Below, in pieces: positions 21,011-29,750 of a DNA stretch of 64,000 bases. Under the pieces are notes generated by a model. That model was given only the letters and a program-made list of their open reading frames with translations. It was not told the DNA's origin and made no database searches. The DNA is from Candidatus Omnitrophota bacterium. GTDB lineage: Bacteria; Omnitrophota; Gorgyraeia; Aquiviventales; Aquiviventaceae. The translations under genes were made by a program, and so were the position numbers. Every line of letters begins with the position of its first letter. Position 1 is the first letter of the stretch. Location: the NCBI GenBank assembly GCA_023247255.1, contig JAHFGV010000004.1, positions 20,023-84,022 of the forward strand. Reading direction: 5' to 3'.

Positions 21011-21422
21011 CTGTGGGAATGCCTTCCGAAAGCTCCGGCTCAAGACTCGGTGCTGGTGCTCGACTGACCAAGGCCAACCGAATCGCAGTCCGCGATGAGC
21101 GGCTATACTTTCCCTGACCGTCTTTCATGAGTATCTCCCGATATTCCACCAGGACGGTATCGCCGGAATGAATCTCTCCTATCGATGAGATCCCTTGCAG
21201 TTTAAGCTTGGAATCGAAGGGCAGGTACAGCTCGCTTGCGCCCGTCTCCGTGCGGGAGTGCTCAACGGCAACGCCATGATTGTTGATCGCAGAAATGGTA
21301 CCCTGTAGGAGTTTAAAACTCGTGTATCCTTCTTCAACCCCAGCCCATACACCTGCTCCAAAACCACAGAGGCAGCTGTAGATCACGATCCCTAAAAACA
21401 GTTTTTTAGTCATAGGATTCAC
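20988..21422 (-). CDS. Small exported hypothetical protein (possible OB-fold-like beta domain)
   Basis: Signal peptide (KKLFLGIVIYSCLCGFGAGVWA); GTISAI...IHSGDTVLVEY pattern; co-directional and tightly spaced. Confidence 0.7.
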   Translation of the reverse strand: MNPMTKKLFLGIVIYSCLCGFGAGVWAGVEEGYTSFKLLQGTISAINNHGVAVEHSRTETGASELYLPFDSKLKLQGISSIGEIHSGDTVLVEYREILMKDGQGKYSRSSRTAIRLALVSRAPAPSLEPELSEGIPTDADDAQQ

Positions 21423-21426
21423 AGGA

Positions 21427-22785
21427 TCAGGTCTCGCTGGTTACCTGACTTGCGTCGCGTCCGGGCTGGCTGGTCCCTACGAAACGAAAGGTGATGGCCG
21501 GTTGTCCCATCGCCTGACGGGTTAGAATACCGTGCATCGTTCGGCCATCCCATTCCCCTCGCCAGCAGATGATCTCGCCACGAGGACCGGTCTGCATCGT
21601 TTCCCAGAGTATCGTTCCATCGGACTGAACGCTCAACGAATAGTTTGAACTCTCAAAACCCTGATCGCTGAGGGACGTAGAGGTAACCTTTCCCGCTTCG
21701 AATTGGAGACGATCGATCTGCGGCGCCACGTCACCGGTAGCATCCAGAGGACGAATCTGTACCTGCCAGATCGTTCCGGCTAATCGGGATGGCTGGATAA
21801 AATTCGCCAATTGAGTCGTTGGACCCGCGGGGAGTGCATCCACAGGGTCCAGAATCGGTAGCGTCTGTTCCGTGGCGAGTGAGCGCAGCGCCTGCCGCAT
21901 AGTCGCGAGATTTTTAGCATAGAGCCCAGCGGCGCAGAGTAATAGGATCGCAACCGACAGGCTTGCAGTCAAAAACAAGGAGGGCCCTGGATGCGGATAA
22001 CTATCTTGTACGGATCGAGACATCAGACGAGGATCGTCGGACCTCGACGCCAAAGCCGGTTCCGGTCCAGAGTAAACCGGTGCGCGATCCTCACGGTGCG
22101 TTTCATCAGCAGGACGATAGGCGTGTTTCGACCGCTCACGAACCGACGTCACGAACGCCGCTGAGCCGATAATCCCATGGGATGTCAATTCCTGAACGAA
22201 CCGATCCCATGCAGAAATCGGCACCGAGTGCAGGTAATCCTCATAGCTTACCCCAGGCTGTTCGCGGCGGATTAGCTCGAGAACCTCGCTCGATTCAACC
22301 GACAGCAACGGTCTGACCGTAGGGGAGGGTAAGGTAGAAATAGAAAGAAGATAACTCGGGTAGCTACTCCACGGGTAAGCGTATGGATCGTCCGTTAGGC
22401 CGAGCCGTCGTGGTTGGACATGGAGATAACCAGTGATTCGAAGCAGCGAAGGCGCCTTTTCCAGAATCGTCGATTTGAATCGTTCGCGAAACACATGGCC
22501 CGTGCGACCGTAGCGACGGTTAACGTACTTGGTGTAGCGCGAATTCACCCCATGCATGATATCGGAGACGGTTGCCCGATCCGTCAGCTCAAGACACAAC
22601 TCGATGGAATCTGGCAGGAGAACATACCCAAAGACCTTGAAACCGGAGGACTGGCGGTACTGCTCCAGCAATCCAAGATAATGGGTGTAGTCTTGGTCAT
22701 CCCGAAACAGACTCATCCCTTCGGCAGCCCTAGCAGCGACGTAGTACAGTGCCCCTTCGACATGGATGCGTAGAGGTCGTGGCAT
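21427..22785 (-). CDS. Degenerate RAYT/Y1 (IS200-like) transposase domain fused to a TM helix and an extracytoplasmic beta domain
   Basis: MPRPLRI...GALYYV..R....LFRDDQDY..YL...YVLLPDSIEL...YTKYVNRRYGRTGHVFRERFKS...YLHVQP...YPWSSY; HUH histidines absent; TM LFLTASLSVAILLLCAAGLYA; C-domain resembles 26115-26804. Confidence 0.85.
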   Translation of the reverse strand: MPRPLRIHVEGALYYVAARAAEGMSLFRDDQDYTHYLGLLEQYRQSSGFKVFGYVLLPDSIELCLELTDRATVSDIMHGVNSRYTKYVNRRYGRTGHVFRERFKSTILEKAPSLLRITGYLHVQPRRLGLTDDPYAYPWSSYPSYLLSISTLPSPTVRPLLSVESSEVLELIRREQPGVSYEDYLHSVPISAWDRFVQELTSHGIIGSAAFVTSVRERSKHAYRPADETHREDRAPVYSGPEPALASRSDDPRLMSRSVQDSYPHPGPSLFLTASLSVAILLLCAAGLYAKNLATMRQALRSLATEQTLPILDPVDALPAGPTTQLANFIQPSRLAGTIWQVQIRPLDATGDVAPQIDRLQFEAGKVTSTSLSDQGFESSNYSLSVQSDGTILWETMQTGPRGEIICWRGEWDGRTMHGILTRQAMGQPAITFRFVGTSQPGRDASQVTSET

Positions 22786-22811
22786 CGTATTACTGCGCCC
22801 TCCAACCGGTT

Positions 22812-22855
22812 GGTGCCTGGCACTGGGTGGGTGCCTGGCACCCGGTGCCAGGCAC
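22812..22855. repeat. Three GGTGCCWGGCAC(C) palindromes (REP-like)
   Basis: Copies at 22812, 22830 and 22844, just upstream of the RAYT-like start codon. Confidence 0.8.
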
Positions 22856-22945
22856 AAAAAAACTGCGGCACACGCTGCCGCAGCTACGCTTGGAACCTGT
22901 GATGGACTGAACCCAGTTTTCTCTGCTACGTATTGGGGTCATTAG

Positions 22946-22980
22946 AAACAAAAACGCCCTCCGAAATTCGGAGGACGCTT
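22946..22980 (-). terminator. Intrinsic terminator (riboswitch expression platform)
   Basis: Minus strand GCGTCCTCCGAATTTCGGAGGGCG followed by TTTTTGTTT, just 3' of the aptamer. Confidence 0.8.
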
Positions 22981-22989
22981 ATCCTCGCT

Positions 22990-23132
22990 GGCAACCCGGC
23001 TACCCTTCGTACTTGTTTCAGGGCCCGTGGTTTTGCCCCACATGTTTCGCGACACGAAACAATCTGTGGGGCTCCGCATGTTTTGCTTCGCAAAGCATGC
23101 GGAGCGTCCTACCCTTTCGGATAGTTTGCCCC
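22990..23132 (-). ncRNA. c-di-GMP-I (GEMM) riboswitch with 69-nt internal hairpin insertion
   Basis: Minus strand GGGCAAACTATCCGAAAGGGTAGGACGC[insert]AAAACCACGGGCCCT...GGGTAGCCGGGTTGCC matches the c-di-GMP-I consensus. Confidence 0.85.
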
Positions 23133-23271
23133 TCACCCCATTGAGCCGGGATGAGTTCCCTTTCGGGATTTCTCAGTCGTCGATCAATTTGTCGTCAATC
23201 GAACCGTTACTTGAAGGGTACCTGATCCCTCCTTCGCGTGTCAAGGGACATCCACTCCAAAAATGTACAGC

Positions 23272-25977
23272 CTATCGGGGAACTGGCCGTACAAAGATAG
23301 TATCTCCATGCTCTAACGAAAGTGGCTCCTGGACCTCTCCCTGAATATAGGCAATCGCCAATCCTGAGCTGTCGATCTCGGTAACCTCGACTTCAAGGTT
23401 AGATTGACGGCCGGTATCCAGAAGGAGTCGCTCACCTTCTTGGACGTCTTCGAGTCCTCTGAGGATTACAAATCCCAACTCTGTGCTGATTCCAATGACT
23501 TCGATGACAGAGCTGCCTTTAGTGGGAGGGCTTGACTGTTTATCCATCGCTCTTTTATCTATGGAAGACTGTAATGGAACGGACCCGGTTTTATGGGCAG
23601 CCGCAGATTCATACTGGGTGAGCTTGGCCTCTCGTTTCGCAATCTGCTCTTTAAGCTGCGTGATGTAGCGTTCCTGCGAAGCAATCTGTTCGAGGGCACT
23701 TGAAAGTTGCGAGTCAGACTCGTGGAGCCCAACGGGATGAGCCTGTGGCACCGGTAAGTCCGCTTCGAGTGAGGCGACATCTCGCCCACCCAGTCGGCCC
23801 TGCACTGCCGTGTCGGCCATGGCTTTCGGCCTTGGCGCAACGGCGGGATTAACGTACTGCACCGAGTGCGATTCGAACAAACGCTTATCAAAACCAGCTA
23901 CCGTCGTCGCATGTATATTTTGACTGGCACGTAGCAGCTCAATCTCTTTGGCCAACTCGCGCTCACGCGTTCGTGACTGTGCCCATTGGCGTTGGAGTTG
24001 CTCCAGTTGCTCTGTAAGATGCGAACGGTCCGCCTGAAAACGCAAGAGATCTTGTTCACGGCTCATCAAAGCGTCAGTAGATTCTTTGAGTTGGCTTTCC
24101 AATTCGGCAACCCGTTGTTGAGATCGACTCAGGCTTTCTTTCAACTGCAAATGAGACTTGCGACTCGGCTCAACATCTTCAGAAAACTTTGCATACTTGT
24201 CCTCTGCAACCGTCAATTGTCGGGTAAGCACCTCTACGCGTTCTTGATACTGATGCTGAGTCGTTTCCAGCTGACTGACTTGTTTCGTCCAATGATCACG
24301 AAGAGAATCCACTCCTTTGATGAGCTGAGTCTGCGCTTGTTGCGCCTCTGTCAATTGTGCGGTACGCGCGTGAAGCATTTGTTGCAGTTGCTGATCGTGG
24401 GTCTTCAACGTATCCCTCTCGGATTTAAGCGCTGTGGCGATCTGACTCAACTGGTTGTGCTCCTGCTGACCATCCGCAACCACCCTCTGAAGCTCCGCAA
24501 CCTTCTGCCGCATCCCTTGAAGCTCATCGGTCAGAGTTTGCATACGGACTTTTTCTACCTTTGCATCTTCCATCACCCGGGCTAATTCCCTCTGCGACTG
24601 ATCCAGTGCCTGATTGAGTCGTTGCCCTGTTGCGCGGATTTGTTGAAGATCAACAGCGTCTTTTCTTGCGTTTTCGAGCCGAACCTGGGCATCCTTGAGT
24701 GCCGTCGTCAGCTCTTGATTCGATTGTTCAAAACTACTGGCTGTCTGAGTCTGCGCCTTGAGTTGTTCACTGAGTGTTGCATTCGCCTGCTGGAGTTCGA
24801 GCAGCTCATCCATCGCCTGCTGCCATTGTTCTTGTAGAGACGTCAATGCCGCTCGCGCAGTCACCGACTCTTCCTGCCGGTAAGTCAACTCCGTCCGTAA
24901 CTCCTCCCGACGGCCTTCCCATTGAGCCAGCTGCTGGCTGCTTGCGTCTAATTTACTCTGGGCGGATTCTAGGGCTTCCGTTAATTGAACGTTAGTCTGC
25001 TGCACAGTTTCCGATTCCTTCTTCAACTTCCCATTAACTTCTCGCAGACCTCCCAAATCCTGCTGCCGCTCGGTGAGTAATGCCTGAAGCTGCGTCAATT
25101 GCTGCTGCGTGTGCTGCTGGCTGTCCTGTAGCATATGAGAATTTTCTTTTTCGGTAAGCAACGCCTGAAGAAGTCGCTGGCGATCCCGTCCTACCTTGAG
25201 TAACTCTTGACCCAACTGTTGGGTCTGTTGGGTTTTACCGGTTAATGCCTCTCGTAATTGCTTGATCTGTTGTTGGTTACCCGAAACCCGTTGCCGCAGT
25301 ACAGTCGCTTCTTTCTCTTGAGTCTCACGTCGAGCCTGGAGTCCTGCGAGTTGGTCATTCAGTTGCCGTAACGCCTCTTGCACCTGGGTCAGCACCTCTG
25401 TTTTCCGAGTCAGTTGTTCGTCTAAAGACGCTTTAGCCTCTTTCACAGTGGCCAGTTCTGCTTGCGCCGCTAGACTCTCCTTGCCCAAACGCGATGATTC
25501 ACTCTGAAGCTCATCGAAACGGGTCTGGAGCTGAGCCATCGCCTCCTGAGCTTGATGCAGCGCTTCCTCCTTGAAGGTCAACGTTTCTTGCAATTGCTGG
25601 CTTACCTCGGCCCGTTCTTTCACGGCACGTTCATAGTCACTTTGGAGCTGGCGCAATCGATCTTGAGACGATGCTGCCTGTTCCTTATATGTGGTCAGAT
25701 CGGTGGTTGCTCGACTGAGATTGGCTTCTGTATTTGACAAAGCCTGCGCCAACTGTTTCCGCTCCTGCTCACTGTCTTCGAGACTCGCGGTAAGCCCTCT
25801 CAAAGCATCATAGACCGACTCTTCGTTCTGGCCCGTGCGTGTGACAGGCTCACCCGAAACAAAGGACATCCAAGACAAACTCCCGATAATCACAAGTCCA
25901 AACAATGTCTTCCGGAACCTTACTTTCATCGGTTGTCCAATTTCATCTTTATTGAGAAATAATAAGGGTTGTTTCAT
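23272..25977 (-). CDS. Membrane-anchored long coiled-coil protein (901 aa) with small C-terminal beta domain
   Basis: N-terminal hydrophobic segment; several hundred residues of Q/E/L-rich heptads; in-frame repeat-derived insert. Confidence 0.85.
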   Translation of the reverse strand: MKQPLLFLNKDEIGQPMKVRFRKTLFGLVIIGSLSWMSFVSGEPVTRTGQNEESVYDALRGLTASLEDSEQERKQLAQALSNTEANLSRATTDLTTYKEQAASSQDRLRQLQSDYERAVKERAEVSQQLQETLTFKEEALHQAQEAMAQLQTRFDELQSESSRLGKESLAAQAELATVKEAKASLDEQLTRKTEVLTQVQEALRQLNDQLAGLQARRETQEKEATVLRQRVSGNQQQIKQLREALTGKTQQTQQLGQELLKVGRDRQRLLQALLTEKENSHMLQDSQQHTQQQLTQLQALLTERQQDLGGLREVNGKLKKESETVQQTNVQLTEALESAQSKLDASSQQLAQWEGRREELRTELTYRQEESVTARAALTSLQEQWQQAMDELLELQQANATLSEQLKAQTQTASSFEQSNQELTTALKDAQVRLENARKDAVDLQQIRATGQRLNQALDQSQRELARVMEDAKVEKVRMQTLTDELQGMRQKVAELQRVVADGQQEHNQLSQIATALKSERDTLKTHDQQLQQMLHARTAQLTEAQQAQTQLIKGVDSLRDHWTKQVSQLETTQHQYQERVEVLTRQLTVAEDKYAKFSEDVEPSRKSHLQLKESLSRSQQRVAELESQLKESTDALMSREQDLLRFQADRSHLTEQLEQLQRQWAQSRTRERELAKEIELLRASQNIHATTVAGFDKRLFESHSVQYVNPAVAPRPKAMADTAVQGRLGGRDVASLEADLPVPQAHPVGLHESDSQLSSALEQIASQERYITQLKEQIAKREAKLTQYESAAAHKTGSVPLQSSIDKRAMDKQSSPPTKGSSVIEVIGISTELGFVILRGLEDVQEGERLLLDTGRQSNLEVEVTEIDSSGLAIAYIQGEVQEPLSLEHGDTIFVRPVPR
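23726..23851. repeat. Repeat family A, in-frame copy inside coiled-coil gene
   Basis: Translates as VNPAVAPRPKAMADTAVQGRLGGRDVASLEADLPVPQAHPVGL; DNA similar to 3017-3141. Confidence 0.85.
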
Positions 25978-26114
25978 GTTTTATGAATTATGTGTTCTTT
26001 TTCATGACACATAACACATGACTCATGAAACAGACGTGAGTATTGCCTTAGAAGATTTACTTTCTTCTTGGCCCTCGGCCCCTAGCCTCGATGCCTTTTG
26101 CAACACCTCAGACA

Positions 26115-26804
26115 CTAGCGACCGAACCATCCCTTGCGTTTCTTGGAAGCTGGTTTTTCCGAGGACGGAGTCGGTGACTGTATCGCTGATGACTGATCTT
26201 GAACCTGCTTTTGAACCGCTGATTTTTCTACGGCGTGCTTTCCTGCTGCCGAATTGCTATTGCTTCGTTGACCGGAAAAAGAAAAATCCTCTGCATTTCC
26301 CTCGAGGGGATGCTTGCTGACTATCCCTCGCATGGCCGAATCATGAAGCTCCCCTCGCCAAAACACGACCCCTTCGTTTTCTTTGGTTTGCATCGTCTCC
26401 CAAACCACCATCCCGTCGTCTCCAATAGTAATCGTATAGTTGGATGATGGATACCCCTCCTTCATCAACCGTTTAGATGAGACTTTGGCAGAATCAAACT
26501 GTATGGTATCTTGTCGAGTCTTGAGTGGCTCGCCAGGGGATATCGCAGTAAGTTCCAATGTCCATTCGGTCCCATTTAATTGAACCCGTATTTCCTCCTC
26601 AGCTGATTGGGGTCTTGCTGAAGTTGTTTCAGTCGTTGCCGAAGCAGGAGAATCTGCGATTGTGTCTGCTACGGAAACAACTGAGCCGGCCGATAGACTT
26701 CCTTGCGGTTTAGCATCCTCCGCACGTACCGTTACGATAGGAAGATGAATTAAGACACTGCTTAAAAGAACCCACACTACAATCTGCATCCTCCGTTGCA
26801 TCAT
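26115..26804 (-). CDS. Exported hypothetical protein with SSNY/WETMQT/WRGE beta domain
   Basis: Signal peptide ending VRA|E, low-complexity linker, beta domain, basic tail KKRKGWFGR; GAGGAAAGG RBS upstream. Confidence 0.85.
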   Translation of the reverse strand: MMQRRMQIVVWVLLSSVLIHLPIVTVRAEDAKPQGSLSAGSVVSVADTIADSPASATTETTSARPQSAEEEIRVQLNGTEWTLELTAISPGEPLKTRQDTIQFDSAKVSSKRLMKEGYPSSNYTITIGDDGMVVWETMQTKENEGVVFWRGELHDSAMRGIVSKHPLEGNAEDFSFSGQRSNSNSAAGKHAVEKSAVQKQVQDQSSAIQSPTPSSEKPASKKRKGWFGR

Positions 26805-26863
26805 TGCGACCTTTCCTCCTTATCTTTTCTCTGTTCGGGGGTTTGACACTCTAACCGGCACGA

Positions 26864-28030
26864 TCACTCCAAACGTTCTTCTCCCTCCCATGCCCGCCAG
26901 GTAGCGATATACTGTTTGGCCCAGCTCACATCCTCCCCCTTTGGGCTTACTGCTAAATAACGCTGAAAATACTTGATCGCCTTCTCTCGGTCAAGCAGAT
27001 GTTCCGCGTAGACAATCCCTAAGTTGTAGTAAGCACCTGAGTCGTCCGGCCTCAGCTCGATCACTTTCTTAAATTCTTTTGAGGCTCGGACATAGTCCTT
27101 TTTTTTTACGAACATGACCCCCATATTATAATGGGTATCGGCAAGATCCCGGATGAGTCGCTCGTGTTCTTTGGCAATGGTCCCTACTTCTTTGGGTAAA
27201 GCGTTTACCTGGCGCCTCAATGAAGCGTTTTCGGACACTTGTTGAGTATATTGATTTTGAAGATCCTCTAAACGTTGCTCAAACTTCGTAAGGTCTTTCG
27301 CAGTAGTAGCTTCTCGCTGGGATGCTGTTTGAAGGGACCGTTTGGCATCGCGAAGTTCCCTTTGAAGAACCGTCTGTTTCTTGGCCATCTGCGTCAAACG
27401 CAAGCGCAGGGCTTTTTCCTGGGAACGCTGTTTGACATCCTGGAGTTGTTTTTCAAGCGTTTCACGTTCTTGAAGAAGCCGCGTCTGGGCCGTTTGAAGA
27501 ATCGTTACCTGCTCCTTAAGCGGCGTGAGTCGATACAACAGCTCCGAGCGTTGTTGTCCGGTTCGCTGAAGCAGCTGTTCGAGAAGACTGCGTTCCGCCT
27601 CTGCCTGGGTGTGTTGTTGTGCGATGCGTTGTACCTGGGTTAAAAGATTATCCCGGTCACTGGTAATCTGTTCGTATTGCTGGGAGAGATTCGCGTAGCG
27701 CTGTTGCATATCTTGAAACTGATGTCCAACCCAGGCGCTTTGCTCTTGAGCGATTAGGCGTTGGACATCTGTCAAACGAAGTTCCGCGTTGAACGCCTGC
27801 CAGGCACAAACCCCACCGATAACGACCGTAGCTGCCGATACAAAAGCGATGATTGCCCAAATCGTTACCTTGCCCTTTAATCCTAAATGGAACCCCACAG
27901 GATGAGCCTGTGGCATCGGTAAGTCTGCCCCGATGGAACCGACATCCCGCCCACCCATCGGCCTCTGTACTGCCGTGCCGCCCACGGACGAAGACCGTGG
28001 CACAATGGCGAGGTTGCGAGAGAAAATCAT
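26864..28030 (-). CDS. TM + coiled-coil + C-terminal TPR protein
   Basis: HYNMGVMF...A..EFKKVIELRPDD..AYYNLGIVY TPRs; ATGA overlap with secretin stop. Confidence 0.88.
   Translation of the reverse strand: MIFSRNLAIVPRSSSVGGTAVQRPMGGRDVGSIGADLPMPQAHPVGFHLGLKGKVTIWAIIAFVSAATVVIGGVCAWQAFNAELRLTDVQRLIAQEQSAWVGHQFQDMQQRYANLSQQYEQITSDRDNLLTQVQRIAQQHTQAEAERSLLEQLLQRTGQQRSELLYRLTPLKEQVTILQTAQTRLLQERETLEKQLQDVKQRSQEKALRLRLTQMAKKQTVLQRELRDAKRSLQTASQREATTAKDLTKFEQRLEDLQNQYTQQVSENASLRRQVNALPKEVGTIAKEHERLIRDLADTHYNMGVMFVKKKDYVRASKEFKKVIELRPDDSGAYYNLGIVYAEHLLDREKAIKYFQRYLAVSPKGEDVSWAKQYIATWRAWEGEERLE
27893..28017. repeat. Repeat family A, in-frame copy in N-terminus of TPR gene
   Basis: Translates as NLAIVPRSSSVGGTAVQRPMGGRDVGSIGADLPMPQAHPVG. 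Confidence 0.8.
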
Positions 28031-29712
28031 TTACGCGCTCCCGCAGAGGACTCATCAGACAGCGTCGGGGCATAATCGCGGTATTCATCCCGAATCGTCG
28101 ACTCGTCTCCGCTCCTCAATTCATCCCCTTCCACGATATGGGGGGTGATAAAGACGACAAGCTCCGTGAGCTGGTCATCTCGATCGGTATCCTTAAACAG
28201 CAAAGGACCCAGCAGAGGAACGTGTCCGAGATAGGGCACCTGTTTGTTCGAGAATTTTTTCTCATCCTTGCGCAATCCTCCGATCACAATCGTCGTTCCA
28301 TCTGCAACCATCACATGGGTCTCTGCGATAGAAGTGTCTACAATGGGTATTTGGTTTTTACTGGGGGTGGTCAGCGTCCGGACGACGCTGGAGACCTCTG
28401 GCTTTATCTTCATGGTGACGAACCCATCCTTGTTGATGAACGGGGTCACGGCCAATTGAATTCCGACGTCGATAAACTGAACATCCTCAGCGGTTGTCGA
28501 TGTGGTTTGTCCGGTAGTGGTCGTCGTTGTGACATAGGCCTCCCGAGTGCCCACATGAATCTTAGCTTCCTGATTCTCGGTAACTAAAAGCCGTGGGTTT
28601 GACATGATTTTCGTTTCACCCAGGGTCTGTAAATATCGGAAAAGCTCATAACCATCCCGCGAGACTGTCCCAAACAGAAGGTTGCCCAATTTGATGGATT
28701 CACCCGCACCCGAACCGGTCAGTTGGATTTCGGGAATGCGCAGCTTGTTCACCGCAGGAACCTCAGAGGGAGCGGTGCCGATTGTGGCATTCCGGAAATC
28801 CCCGAATCCCCCAGGACCGGGTTGTTCAATCCCATGAAACTTGAGATTCGAAAATACCGAATCCCAATCAATGCCAGAATCCATGCTGTTGGAATAGGCG
28901 ACCTTGACGATTTTGGCATCGATCAAAACTTCCCGCGTCTTGCGATCTAAGGCCTGAACCACTTGTTCCAGTTCTCGCATGCGCTCGGGAAACGTCTTGA
29001 TGATCAACTGATTGGTGCGCTCATCCGCCTTGATGTATCCCAACTTGTTCACCTCGATGTGCTCATTGAGCCGTTCCTCAACGTCTTTTGCTTTGGCATA
29101 CCGAAGATCGATGATGCGAGTCATCCCTCCTTGCTCCAAGGTAGCCAGAGCCCTTTCCATCTGGAGAAGATTATCGGTGGTGTCTATCACCATCACGGTC
29201 CCTGAATCCTCATCGACCAGCAATCGACCGATCTCGCTCTTAAGCGTATCCAGCAGATTAAAAGCTTGTTGGGGAATAGCATACTGAAGCCGAAACGTCT
29301 TCACTTGACGCAGATCAGAAAATTTACGGCCATAAAAGCTCCGATATTCCTCTTCGGTCATGATATTGTAGACGTTTCCTTGCTTGTCGTAGGCCAGATC
29401 GTTGCTCCTGAGGATTAAGTCGAAAACGTCCCGGATCGGAACATCGGTTAGAAAGAGATTCACGCGTCCGCTGACATTCTTGCTCATGGCAATGTTTAAA
29501 CCACCCTTTGTCGCCAGATACTTCAGGGCATCGGTCGCTTCGGTGGAACGCAAATCTAGGGATATCAACTGATCCATTCCGCTACCCACCATCTCTGGTT
29601 GAAGATCAACCGGCAGTGAAGCCAGTTCCTGATGAGAAGCTTGGACCCAACCCGTCGATAGTACGAAGATAAGTGCCGTCACCCCAATAACACGATTAAC
29701 ACGTAACGGCAT
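28027..29712 (-). CDS. Secretin (PilQ/GspD family)
   Basis: ISLDLR N0 domain, N-domain repeats (DERTNQLII), SNPRLLVTENQEAKIHVG, DVGIQLAVTPFI, DGTTIVIGGL, VPYLGHVPLLG, ELVVFITPHIV. Confidence 0.95.
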   Translation of the reverse strand: MPLRVNRVIGVTALIFVLSTGWVQASHQELASLPVDLQPEMVGSGMDQLISLDLRSTEATDALKYLATKGGLNIAMSKNVSGRVNLFLTDVPIRDVFDLILRSNDLAYDKQGNVYNIMTEEEYRSFYGRKFSDLRQVKTFRLQYAIPQQAFNLLDTLKSEIGRLLVDEDSGTVMVIDTTDNLLQMERALATLEQGGMTRIIDLRYAKAKDVEERLNEHIEVNKLGYIKADERTNQLIIKTFPERMRELEQVVQALDRKTREVLIDAKIVKVAYSNSMDSGIDWDSVFSNLKFHGIEQPGPGGFGDFRNATIGTAPSEVPAVNKLRIPEIQLTGSGAGESIKLGNLLFGTVSRDGYELFRYLQTLGETKIMSNPRLLVTENQEAKIHVGTREAYVTTTTTTGQTTSTTAEDVQFIDVGIQLAVTPFINKDGFVTMKIKPEVSSVVRTLTTPSKNQIPIVDTSIAETHVMVADGTTIVIGGLRKDEKKFSNKQVPYLGHVPLLGPLLFKDTDRDDQLTELVVFITPHIVEGDELRSGDESTIRDEYRDYAPTLSDESSAGARK

Positions 29713-29750
29713 TTAAGGTGTTCCTTTTCTGGAAGTGAAAAGCAAAGTTT

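Noticed and set aside
3600-21100. Dozens of repetitive plus-strand ORFs (e.g. ...SPPLGAV...LKLA...)
   Set aside because: Antisense shadows of the giant gene's repeats; no independent coding signal
21427-22785. Active IS200/IS605 or RAYT mobile element
   Set aside because: HUH motif absent, no tnpB, fused to a TM domain and embedded in an operon
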